From assembly GCF_004010195.1 (NCBI RefSeq), contig NC_057711.1, positions 80,404,180 through 80,447,699 on the forward strand: 43,520 bases of DNA. Direction: 5' to 3'. Source of the DNA: Chiloscyllium plagiosum. Lineage: Eukaryota. The position numbers and the translations under genes were made by a program. A model generated the notes under the pieces. That model did no database searches. It saw only the letters and a list, made by a program, of their open reading frames with translations, and was not told the origin of the DNA. The first letter of the stretch is position 1; each line of letters starts with the position of its first letter. Below, piece by piece: positions 23,187-34,318 of the stretch.

Positions 23187-24358
23187 ATCATCCTATAATA
23201 CAACTAGAGTGACTGAGCTCTGTACACCATGCTGGATCACTGTCACTGTCTTGAAAATATTCTCTCAAAATAGAAGCATCTTTTTGTACTTGGGAATAGC
23301 TGCTAAGTTCCACCAAGCACAGTGTTGCAAATTTCTGGAAACTGTATCTTTAGTAGTTTTCCCAGGCAATTGATTTTGTTAGCTGTCCACAGCTGTATTT
23401 TAAATTTCCTTCTTTATTTACGAGTATTGACAAAGGAACAGAGAAAGCATGCTGAAATGTATGCTGGCACCCTAGTTGATCATTCTTAGGCTGTTCACAA
23501 GGGCACACCCTTATGCGTTTACTAACACATACAGGTCAAAATGATCATGCCAGAATCTCCAAAGAAACCAGAGTGGTAATTGGCCAAGAATGTCATGAAA
23601 AGCAACAGAAATCTGCAAATAGATGTGGAATTTATTTCCAGAGTAAGGATTCATGAATTTGGTGTCAATGCTTTAACGAAGAAACCTCCTATGCACCCTT
23701 CCATGAAACAAAAGGAAGAATATCCCATATCTTCCAATTTGCAATGCAAGTCTCAGATGGTATTTTTGGTCCAGCCTTGTTGACAAAAGATTCATGAGCC
23801 TGAGTTGGATACACATTAATACATGAAAGGTGTGACCCTAGAGAAACAGTACAGTAAATGCTTCCTCTCCAGTTTACCTGAACCAGTGAATGTATTATGA
23901 TCCCCATGGGAAACAAATGGAAACATAAATGGACTTCCTAAAGGGTAGGGAATTCTTGATACAGCTGTGAAATGGATCAATCCCTTGTATTAACCAGTGT
24001 TAGGATGCAATCCTTAAAGCATTTTCTTTTAAAGCAGAAAGGTCATTTTCTTAATAACATCACCTATATAAGAAACAATATTCCCTTGACTCAAATAGAC
24101 AGGCACCCTCTCGCAACTCTACAAAGAATGTGGAAGTGAGTGGAACCAAGTTAAGATATCACTTGGAACACCACATAACTGGCATACAGAAAAAAAATGA
24201 GGACAGATAATTGGTTGTCTGATTGATTGAGGCTGACATTGATGTAACGGAGGTGGTCATTGTGGTCAATTGATCTACTCTCATTAATTACAAAAAAGAT
24301 TTAAGTGAGAAGAATCTATAAGATTGCTTGAAACAGTCAGCTTGACTTACATCAGCTA

Positions 24359-24552
24359 AGAGAAATTGAGGACTGCAGATGTTGAACAGCAGTTGAGAGT
24401 GTGGCGCTGGAAAAGCACAGCCAGTCAGGCAGCATCGGAGGAGCAGGAGAATTGACATTTCGGTCATAAGCCCTTCATTAAAACATCGAGTCTGCTGCTT
24501 CCCCGATGTTACCTGACCTGCTGTGTTTTTCCAGCACCATACTCTCGACTCT
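24359..24552. mobile_element. Older palindromic Penelope-like insertion (family A), centre deleted
   Basis: Diverged inverted arms around ~24480. Confidence 0.8.
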
Positions 24553-24669
24553 TGCCTTGCATTAATGACTAGCGGTAAAAACATTCCCAGAATATTTAGA
24601 TGTTCTTCAACACAGGGACTACAATACTATTGATTTGTAAGTATCAATAAGAGAACAACTTCATCCGCA

Positions 24670-26070
24670 AGAAATGTGAAAACAATAGCAGAGGAGGTCA
24701 TCACAAATTACAATAATCATCTGAAGAAATGGCTGGAACACTACCTTGGGATGTACTTGAGCAAGAACACTATCGCTATGGAAGCTTTAGGTATCATACC
24801 ATGTGTGGATGTTATAGAGGAACTAAATATGAAACACTCAGAAAAAGAACTTAGCAAAACTATTGGCTTGGCAAAGCTCCGGGTGCTGATGTCTTTTTCT
24901 GCTTGAACATATCAAGCACAGGAAACCAACACCCCTGCAGCATCTACACAAACTTATTTTCCTCTGCTGAAGTGATGGGACACTGCTCCAGGATATGCAG
25001 GATTCAAAGATTGTGACCAAATACAGGAAGAATAGTTTGCAATGACTTTTGAGGTATCTCCCTCTGGAATATTGTGGGCAATATATTATCCCATTGTTGT
25101 CAGACTGCGGATCTTGGCTGAATGCATTGGTCCAGAATCCCACTGCGATTTCAGAATGGGATGATCCACTTGACAAGATCTTCTCAATCTGCTGAAAAAG
25201 GAAAGCAATGAAAAAAGGAGACTATTGTATGTTGCTTTTATCAATCTCAACCTGGCATTTGACATATGAAGTGAGGAGGCCTATTAAAGCTGTTGAATAA
25301 AATGGCTACTTGATCTCCTTGCACATCAATTTGGTGGATGTAATCAGCAATGACAGGGAAATATTGCATCCCTTTGAGATCTGCAGTTGGATAAAAAAAA
25401 GATTGTGTTCTTGCAGTGACACTCCTTGGTAGATTCTACACTTTGTGGCTGTCATAGACCTTCAGATCATCTACAGATGATAATAGCTTCCATACCTGAA
25501 CTGACATATAACTATTCAGCCTTGTTCACCTGAGCTACAAAAGAAAAGTGCGTCAAATCTTGATCAGAGTGTTGCTCCACTGTAATTATGTCACAGTAAC
25601 ATTTCATACCAAGTCACACTCCCTTTGGCAAATGTACAGACTGTCACATCTGTAATGATCGGTTTGACCCATCAGCATTGAGAGGGTAATTCCTGATGTA
25701 ATTTCTTTTCTGCTAAACAACATTGACAATGTGAAACTGGAGGTTGATGCTGAAATCAACATATGCTTTCCACCGCTGCTACTGCTATATTTAGGCTGAG
25801 TATGGGCATGTGGAACATCAGTAACCTGACTGAGGAACATCAAATTGCAAATCTACTAAGCCTGCATCCACAGTGCACTGATGTACATTGGTGAAACATG
25901 GACAACATGTGCTGCAGTGAAGAAAAAGCTGAATAGTTTCCACCTTCACTATCCCAGATGCATCCTTTACAACCTTTAGCTGAACAAGGTCATGAGCTCA
26001 GAGCTCAGACTGCTATATCTATCAACATTAATTCATTGCCAAGCCACAATGGTTGGACTGTTTAACTACT
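24670..26070 (+). mobile_element. Degenerate RTE-clade LINE
   Basis: KWLEHY..Y, KAPGAD, QDMQDSKIVT, PESHCDFR, LYVAFINL..AFD, KIY*ACI.S.L.YIGETW. Confidence 0.75.
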
Positions 26071-26139
26071 GGATCTTGATTGACATTTATCGAACACGTC
26101 ATAACTGCATGACAGATAATATTAACCCCAAGTCAACTT

Positions 26140-26890
26140 AAACAGTTTGGTAGAATAGGTAGACAGGTGGCAGATGAAGATTAATGAAGAGCTATGTGAA
26201 GTAATTCAATTTGCTTAGAAGAAGGTGTGACAACATAAATTAAAGACCAAAATTCTAAGGGGGTGCAGGATCAAAGGGACTAGGTTCCATCTGTGTACAA
26301 ACCATTTAAGATAGCAGGCAATTAATAAATCATGTATCATGCTGGGTTTACAAATAGCGCGTATTAAAATCAGGAAGTTATTATAAACTTGTACAAAACA
26401 CTTTCCTGGAGGGTTGTATCCAGTTCAGGGCAATGTGGTTCAGGAATAATGTGAAATCATCAGTGAGGATATAGAAAAGGCTCATGAGAATGGTTCCTAG
26501 CGGGATGAACCTCAATAACATGGATAGTGTGAAGAGGCTTGAGCCTCTTGGAAGAGAGAAGATTAAGAGGTGACTTAATAGAGGCATTAAAAATCATAAG
26601 GAGTCTGAATAAAATAGATAGGGCAAAACTATTCTCAGTTGCAGAAAGATTGAGGATGAGATGTCCCAGTTTAAGAAATTGGCAAAGAAGACCTCAATGA
26701 CATGAGGGAAAGCTTTTGTGCTCAGCTAGTGGTTAGAATCTGGAAGTTACTGTCTGTGATATGGTAGTGGCAAATCAATTGGGGCCTTCCAAAAAAAATC
26801 AGGAAATTTTCTGACAAGCAGAATATAATTTCAGGGTTGCGGTAAAACAATGGAGTATTGATACTAGATTTACTGCTCTCAGAGTTGGCA
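26140..26890 (+). mobile_element. Old CR1 LINE 3' end
   Basis: WQMKIN..CEVIQF; RRLRGDLIEALKII. Confidence 0.75.
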
Positions 26891-26960
26891 CTCCTTCTAG
26901 GGAAGGTGTTCACTAGTTTCATTGCTTTTGGATAAAACGTCAATTTCAACTCATTCTATC

Positions 26961-27173
26961 TCTTAATACAGTTTACTTTCATTAAACATAGATGAATAGT
27001 CTACTTTTGTAATGGTAACCATTGTATGATTTCACAACACTTATAGTGGCTTGAAGTGTGTATACTTCAATGCAAGAAGTATACGAAATCTTAATACAGT
27101 TTACTTTCATTAAACATAGATGAATAGTCTACTTTTGTAATGGTAACCATTGTATGATTTCACAACACTTATA
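26961..27173 (+). repeat. Exact 85-bp direct duplication (26961-27045 / 27089-27173) around a 43-bp CR1 endonuclease fragment
   Basis: The two copies are identical by eye; the insert encodes GLKCVYFNARSIRN. Confidence 0.92.
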
Positions 27174-27829
27174 TTCCAGGCTTGTTTTTGTTCTATTGCC
27201 AGTATCCTTGAACTTGATGCTCGTACTTGGCCAGGGTTATTTTTCATGTATAGGTTATTTAGACTAGTGTTCAACTACAGTACTAAATAATATGATCCAA
27301 ACTCGACAATAATCTAAGTGGAACACAGAGGACAATACTACATCAAGTACAATAATTAAATAGGTAGGTTGGCATAAAATAGTTTTCACATTTGTAAGGT
27401 ATGAATTCCAGTCCATCTCAGAAAGACTTACAGTGATGTCACTCTGATTTTCCTTGAAACATTTCAACAAAAAGAGTAACACTGCAATGCGTTTAGTTAT
27501 CTAGCAAATTATTTCTTTTTTCAAATGTATCCATTTTTGATAATCTTTCAGTTTTACAAAGAAATGTGGACTTTGACCCATTGTTCTGATCAGAATAGGA
27601 GAACCGATTGCCTGTTCTTCAATGTTCAAGGTTTCTTGAAACAATAGCTTAATTTCTTTTTAGCATAAGGCTATACTGCTCTCCAACTAAAATAGGGTTA
27701 GCTCATTTCTACTGTAATAGTAAGGAGTCACTTATGAAATTAACTTGAGTGAAAGAAAGAGCAATTTTATTACTTATAGTCTTAAGAAAAATGATAAAGA
27801 AGCCATGCCAAAAGTATTGCCAGGCTTGA

Positions 27830-28565
27830 GCTGATATGTGGCAAATATCATTTGCACCACACAAGTGCTAGGCAATGACCAAGTCTAATACCTGTAAATC
27901 TAATCATCATTCCTTGGCCTTAAATAATACTAGCTTTACTATCAACATCTTATTGGTGACCTTTGACGTTAAACTGAACTGGGCTAACCATATAAATACT
28001 TGGCTACAAGAGAAGGTTAAAGGCTAGGAATCCTGCAGTGAATAACTCAACCTCAGTCTCCCAATGCCTGTTCAATATCTGCAAAGCACAAGTCAGGGGT
28101 GTGATAGAACATATCTAGATAGGCACAACTCCAAAACACCAAGAACCTCAACACCATCTTCCAGAACAAAGCAGCTTGCTTAGTTGTCATCTTTAGCATC
28201 CAGTCCCTCCACCACTGATGCACAGTGGTATCAGTGTGGTAATTGGTACATATCTAGAAGCTGCATTGCAATACCAAGCTTCTTTAACACTGTCTTTGAC
28301 CAATGCCTTCCAGAGGTACAGATGTGAGGGAAAACCTATAAATTCTCCTTCAAAGCACATACCACCCTGAATTGGAACTATATCATTGTTCCTTCAGCAT
28401 TGCTGGGTCTAAATTTTTGAACTCCCATCCTAATAGCTCCATGGTTGCCCTATACCCTAAGAACTGAAATGATTCAAGTAGGCAGTTCATTACCATCTTC
28501 TGTAAGGTAATATAGGGAGAGACAACAAATGCTGCTCTAGCCAGTGATCTCCACATCTCAGAAGC
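27830..28565 (+). mobile_element. CR1-like LINE 3' end (second family)
   Basis: WQISFAPHKC*AMT...LGILQ...KAQVRGVIE, followed by the 3' UTR. Confidence 0.75.
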
Positions 28566-29349
28566 AAATTTTTCAAAATATTTATTTTTTTGATTACCTG
28601 ATGTTTCTTTCTCGTCAATGTCATCACTGGGTTTTCTGTCTTGAGAAAGAGAGATCCTCCTCTTGCCTGTTCAGATCCGCAATCAAAAGTCCATCACTCT
28701 TGTTCCTGCACGTAGACAGATTCTGCCACATGAAAGAACATTTTTTTTACCTTCCATCTGTAGTCAATGTCTCATATTCAAAATGTGAAGTCTCTCATGA
28801 TGGTATAAATCAGATACACTACAAAGGGACACCTTCTGGGGAAGGAGTTCACTAGTTTCATTGCTTTTGGATAAAACATCAATTTCAACTCGGGCTGACT
28901 CTTAATACAGTTTACTTTCATTAAACATCCCTAGCTGTGTCGGTCAGTGATTCTCCATTTTAAATCAATGTTTTTGGTCCCTTTTTAAAGCCACTTCGGA
29001 TCATGGAAATCCCAGGTATTAAATCACATGATGGAATTCAAAGTCAATAGTCTATATGTTATACCATTGTGCCATCACTACATCATGAAGATGTAATATT
29101 TCATATCAGGGATGAGGTTCATTGCTAAATATCATTGTGGAAGTGTGCAGTTGGATCTGTTTGTGAATGCTGGTATCATTCAATTCGCAGATCAGAGTGC
29201 TGTGATTTAAGTAACTCCAGATCTTAAGCAAAGAGCATAGGCTGACACTTCTGCTGTTCTGTTGGCTTTACTATATTACACCATTTAAAGAATTGGGTAT
29301 TCTTCAGCTGTTCTGTACAATATTAGTTGAAGTCATTCATTATCCGCCA

Positions 29350-30382
29350 TAGAAGACGGAGGGTGGTAGTAGATGGAAAGTATTCAGCCTGGAGCTTGGT
29401 GACCAGTGGTATTCCATAGGGATCTGTTCTGAGACCATTGCTTTTTGTGACTTTCATAAATGACTTGGATGAGGAAGTGGAAGGGTGGGTTAGTAAGTTG
29501 GCTAATGACATGAAGATTGGTGCAGTTGTAGATAGTGGTAGGTTGCAACGGGACATTGACAGGATGCAGAGCTGGGCTGAAAAGTGGCATATGGAATTCA
29601 ACATGACAAAGTATGAAGTGATTCATTTTTGAAGGTCAAATTTGAATGCAGATTACAGGGTTAAAGGCAGCAATTTTGGCAGTGTGGAGGAACAGAGGGA
29701 TCTTGAGGTCCACGTCCATACATCCCTCCAACTTACCACCCAATTTGATAGGGTTGTTAAGAAGGTGTATGGTGTGTTGGCATTCATTAGCAGGGGAATT
29801 GAATTTGAGTGCTGTGAGGTTATGCTGAAGCTCTATAAAGTCCTAGTTAGACCACGCTTGGAATATTGTGTTCAGTTCTGATCACCTCATTACAGGAATA
29901 ATGTGGAAGCTTTAGAGAGGGTGCAAAGGAGATTTACCAGGATGTTGCCTGAACTGAAGGGCATGTCTTATGAAGAAAGGTTGAGGGAAGTAGGGCTTTT
30001 CTCATCAGAGTGAAAAAGGATGAGGTGACTTGATAGAGGTATACAAGATGATGAGAGGCAGAGATAGAGTGGATAGTCAGAGACTTTTTCCCAGGGCAGA
30101 AATGGCTATCGCAAGTTGGCATAATTTTAAGATGATTGGAGGAAGGTTTAGCGGAGATGTCAGAGGTAGATTCTTTAGACAGAGAGTGGTGGGTGCGTGG
30201 AATGAACTGCAAACAGTGGTAGTAGAGTCAGAGATATTAGGGACATTTAAGAGTTACTTAGATAGTCACATGGATGATAGTAAAGTAAAGTGTATGTTGG
30301 TAAGTTTGATCTTAGAGTAGGATAAAAGGTCGGCAAAACATCGAGGATCGAAGGACCTGTACTGTACTGTTCTATGTTCTAT
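29350..30382 (+). mobile_element. 5'-truncated CR1/HER1 LINE
   Basis: TSGIP*GSVL.PLLFV.FINDLD...VRPRLEYCVQF; (tgttcta)n tail. Confidence 0.93.
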
Positions 30383-30597
30383 TTCATTTCTGTTTTTGAG
30401 ACCTTGCTAAATGGAATTTGTTTAACATATTCACTTGACTAGTAACAGCCATGCAAACTAATCCTGAATACATGTGCACTTTATATGATTCTAGAATGTA
30501 CAATAGAATCATGAAATTCACACAACATAAGGAATCTATTTGGCCAGTTGTGCCTACATGAGTACTTTGCTGCAATGATCCGCACTGATACATTTAC

Positions 30598-30768
30598 CCT
30601 TTCCTTAAAAGATGTGATAATATATTCTCTAAAACAAAGCATTTCATACTTTATCAAATGAAAAAAGGATTCTAAAAGTAGTTTTGAAATTAGCTCGTAA
30701 CACAGAAGGATCTTATTCACTGCCACCTTTTGTATGATACAGTACCCGAAAGGCTTAACTAAAATCAC
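30598..30768 (-). pseudogene. Pseudo-exon: end of the SPOC-like region
   Basis: Within ORF 30481..30798: VILVKPFG...LCFREYIITSFK (~54 aa) versus LVLVKPLG...FLFQEPRSIVTSQK (~51 aa). Donor gtaaat at 30592-30597. Confidence 0.6.
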
Positions 30769-31260
30769 ATGATAAGTTCCACCCATAAGGATAAACATGA
30801 CTATTCCTGGGAGGAGCTAAACAGTGTTTCAGAGATTCGTCTTAGTGTGAACAGTATTTAGTTGAAGTAATATTGTGTACCTATCCTTGAACTGACCCTG
30901 ATGTCTCACAAGAGACAATCATATAGCTTAGATGTAATATAACTAGCTATTATGTAATATGTACTTCAATATATATTCTGTAATACATATGCAATATATA
31001 ACTTTTACTGTTTGGTTAAAACCAATTGCATCTTCAACCTAAGTTGTCATGTGGGTATCCCTCCTCACATGGCATTAGTGACTTAGACTCATGCCAGTAA
31101 GGGGGATTAGTAGCAGTGAATCTATTCCAGCCATCCCAGATGGTTCAAGTAAATTACCATGATAACTTCAGACCACTGCATAATGACAAATCATCATTAT
31201 TAATAACCATGTCTCTCTGATGCACACTGGCAGGAGAGGCTTACTAGAGCCAATGCTTAC

Positions 31261-31387
31261 TTGAAAAAATAATCCTGCGTAAAAACAAGTGTTTCCTCTA
31301 TTTTCTTGTAATGGACATTCATCCAGATAGAGTAAAAGCTAGCTTGGGAAAGTATTTCAACATAAGTACTGTTCTCCCTTAAATACA
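31261..31387 (-). pseudogene. Possible pseudo-exon: SPOC-like region
   Basis: cag acceptor and gtaagc donor bracket an open frame, YLRENSTYVEIL...KKIEETL. Weak likeness to VLKNGMYCSLYEVV...QKLDREKL. Confidence 0.35.
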
Positions 31388-31597
31388 CTGAATTCGACGA
31401 TTTTAAGACATTTAGCATCCAAATGAAATTGAGAGTGTATTTTGGATGAGATTTTAATTATGTGAATACTGCATGCTTAAAAATCACAATTTACATATAA
31501 TGCTAATATAATGTCACAAAAACTCAGGTTTGGTGGGGCACGAAATGAGCAACAGTGGAGTGACGAGTAGATATACACCTCACTTAGTTTCTCTCAC

Positions 31598-31700
31598 CAT
31601 TGCAGGAGATATGAAGTTTCAAAAGTAATAATATTTGCAGATTTCAGTATCATTGTCAATAGACAGTTTCCATGTTCAAGCTAACACCTTGGGTGTGATA
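31598..31700 (-). pseudogene. Pseudo-exon: SPOC-like region
   Basis: PKV/LNMETV...FETSYL versus PEKLDVETV...YKETYL. Donor gtgaga at 31592-31597. Confidence 0.5.
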
Positions 31701-31739
31701 ACTTGGATGTTGTCAGATAAAGTGAAAACACTAGTTTGT

Positions 31740-32410
31740 GAATTAAATTGAATTGAATTGAATTTATTGCCACGTGTACCGAGGCACAGTGAAAATATTT
31801 TGCAAGCAATACAGGCAGATCACATAGTTAAGTAGCATAGATAGTAAATAATAAGTGAACAACAGCAAAAACAAAAACACAGGTATAGGCGAATGTTAAG
31901 AGTTTGTGAGTCCATTCAGTATTCTAACAACAGTAGGGTAGAAACTGTTACAAAACGGGCTGGTGCATGTGTTCAGGCTTCTGTACCTTCTCCCCGATGG
32001 TCGAGGCTGTAGAAAAGCATTGCAAGGGTGGGATGGATCTTCGAGAATGTTGACAGCGGGCCTGGTAGATGGATTCTATAGATTGAAGTTTGGCCTTTGT
32101 GATTGTCCGGGCCGAGTTCACCACTCTCTGTAATTGTCTCCGATACAGTTGCCATACCAGGTAGTGATACATCCAGACAGAACGCTCTTGATGGTACACC
32201 TATAAAAATTGGCAAGGGTATTCGCCGTCATGCCAAATTTCCCCAGCTGCCTGAGGAAGAAGAGACGTTGTTGGGCCTTTGTAACCAGTGCGTCCACATG
32301 AAGAATCCAAGAAAGCACGTTGTGGATGACCACTCCCAGGAGCTTGATACTCTCCAATCATTCCACGTCTGTGTTGTTAATGTGTAGGGGGGCATGAGTA
32401 ACATCCCCGA
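31740..32410 (-). mobile_element. 5'-truncated Rex1/Babar-clade LINE
   Basis: KAQQRLFFLRQLGKFG...FYRCTIKSVLSGCITTWYGNC; (aattc)n tail. Confidence 0.9.
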
Positions 32411-32436
32411 AAAAAACTAATTGAGGAATTATTTAC

Positions 32437-32560
32437 AATGTCAAAGTTGCAGGAATCCATAATTGAGCTTCGTATTGAAAGGATGCTCCTTTTGTTGCAT
32501 GGAAAGCTATTCTGTTTCAAAAATTGGCCTGGAGCCAAAGTTTGAGTTTAATTGGAATTA
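32437..32560 (-). pseudogene. Pseudo-exon: start of the SPOC-like region
   Basis: TLAPGQFLKQNSFPCNKRSILSIRSS, then GFLQL in another frame; compare TLWSGQLLNNGKLLCYISLRSATRAFLPVKL. Donor gtaaat at 32431-32436. Confidence 0.6.
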
Positions 32561-33330
32561 GAATAATATTTTTCACAGGCCATTCATTTGCAGAATGTCA
32601 GAAAAAAAATTCAATACAAAGATGTGAGAGTTCCTAATTACATTGGATAATGATGTATTATTCATTTGCAACAATGTGCAGTCATTTTAGTTGGGAGAAA
32701 GTGAGAGCATTTGGCACAATTTTTTCAAGTGATTAATAAGAGGGCTATTAACAATGAAAAGTAATTTGTGAATTAATTTGTTTGTTTTATTTATAAATCA
32801 CGATTTGTCCTCACAGCCTCTCTCTCCAACCAGCCCATTCCAATCTTTCCTATTGTTTTCCCATCTATTTAGCGCTTCTTTAGACAGTACTGCGGGATGG
32901 CTTCATCAGGAGTACTGTAAAGTCCTTGCAATAAAGTTGGTTTGCCCGTGTTTTAAGATTGTGGGCTACAAGTCCAACCTGCCTGCACCATTTCCATTGC
33001 AGGTTGGAAGCACATAATTGTGGTATTCCCATTTCATTATCATGATGGAAGCATGCTTACTGCCTATATATTCAGCAGGGGGCTGATCAGTGATATACTG
33101 ACAGCACAGGATGCCGCCAACACTTTGTTCTTAAAGGCAGATGTCCTTTACAAATCGATATTATTGGGATTTTAAAAATGGGAAATTGAAGTTCTGGGCA
33201 AAAAGAGAATTCCAAAGAGATCGGTGCAATGCTAGAGGCATTACTATAGGCAGAAGACAAATTCACTCTGAAGCTTCTCTCCTTACCTAAAAAGTACCTA
33301 CTAAGAGGAAATGTTTCTCCTCAAGATCTT

Positions 33331-33881
33331 CAAGATGGCAGCAGGGCAACAGCAGTGGGGGCTCCTGCTTGAAGCTCATCTGCGATGCCTGCTTTTACTT
33401 TTGTTTCTTTTTTCACTAATTTTTCCTTAGTTTAATATACTTATCTTACACGAGGTGTGAGTTTGTGCAGTGTAGAGGAGATTGAGTCAGTGTAGGCAAA
33501 GCAAGACCAATATGGCAGCGAGAGAGGTCCCCAGCAGTCCTCCCGATTGGCAGTGAGAGTGAGAGCAAGCAGCCTGAGGCGGTCGGTGAAGGTGAGATTG
33601 AGCCCGGAGCAGGGAAGGTCAAACCTTTGTGAGGAGTGCGAGCCCAGCATGGCCAGGCATGAACTGTGGTGTTGAACTGGTATCTGTGTCTCTTTGTTTT
33701 TCTACTTTTTAGAAAGAAGGATTGAAATGCTCAACTTTTTAATCTTGATTCTTCATTTTTTTGCTTTGCACCTAAGATTCTGTGCCTAGACCTTTGTACC
33801 TAAGATGATGCCATGAGTGGTGACTTGTAAACTTTTCACTGTACTCATGTGAGCACATGTAACATAAACCAAATTCTAATT
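33331..33881 (+). mobile_element. Non-coding element with a CAAGATGGC head and Rex1/Babar-like tail
   Basis: Starts caagatggca; T-rich tract, GC-rich body; ends cttttcactgtactc..catgtaacataaa..aattctaatt. Confidence 0.55.
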
Positions 33882-34085
33882 TTAAAGAGAAATATCATAG
33901 TTTTCCATCATGTCAGAAAATCCTGAAGATAGACCCTTGAAAGGGATTAGTCACAGATGACCAGGGAGGTTGTTTCCCTGAGGGATTCCCAAAGTCAGGT
34001 TGTGGTCTCAAGTTGAAAATCTGAGGTTAAAAGCTTTGAGGAAACAATGGCATCACTAAGAACATTGAAGATAACAGCAGATCAA

Positions 34086-34318
34086 ATGTCTGGCGGAAGG
34101 CGGAAAGTGGTGGGAAGGGAAATATATCCCTGGTGGTGGGGTCTTTTTTGGAGGTGGCGGAAATGTCGGCGGATGATTTGGTTTATGCGAAGGTTGGTAG
34201 GGTGGAAGGTGAGCACCAGGGGCGTTCTGTCCTTGTTACGGTTGGAGGGGTGGGGTCTGAGGGCGGAGGTGCGGGATGTGGATGAGATGCGTTGGAGGAC
34301 ATCTTTAACTACGTGGGA
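34086..34318 (-). mobile_element. Penelope-like element ORF fragment (RT to GIY-YIG linker)
   Basis: Minus-strand translation: SHVVKDVLQRISSTSRTSALRPHPSNRNKDRTPLVLTFHPTNLRINQIIRRHFRHLQ.DPTTRDIFP. Confidence 0.85.

Larger units (their letters stand above)
20043..30490 (-). pseudogene. Large decayed central pseudo-exons (approx. 28598-30490, 26890-27686, 20043-23937), interrupted by LINEs and PLEs
   Basis: A-rich, coding-like minus-strand frames with stops. Donors at 28592-28597 (gtaatc) and 20037-20042 (gtgagg); acceptors at 27687 and 23938. Removing the CR1 at 20096-20905 via its TSD restores MPIYIQIPRDYKGHT*YFC*EVE|gt, resembling TASOR KFYI...LCKEIK|. Confidence 0.45.

Noticed and set aside
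22967..23373. Mirror-image ORFs on both strands (MKLYCWNSTAGQAASR...)
   Set aside because: Artefact of the palindromic PLE repeat. The same applies to ORFs near 7453-7877 and 21527-21967.
32883..33015. Two small hairpins with a minus-strand CTGATGA and a downstream ACA (hammerhead or H/ACA snoRNA?)
   Set aside because: No GAAA box, no convincing H box, short stems. The region may instead be a decayed DUF3715 exon (QLYCKDF..MKPSR), too weak to call.
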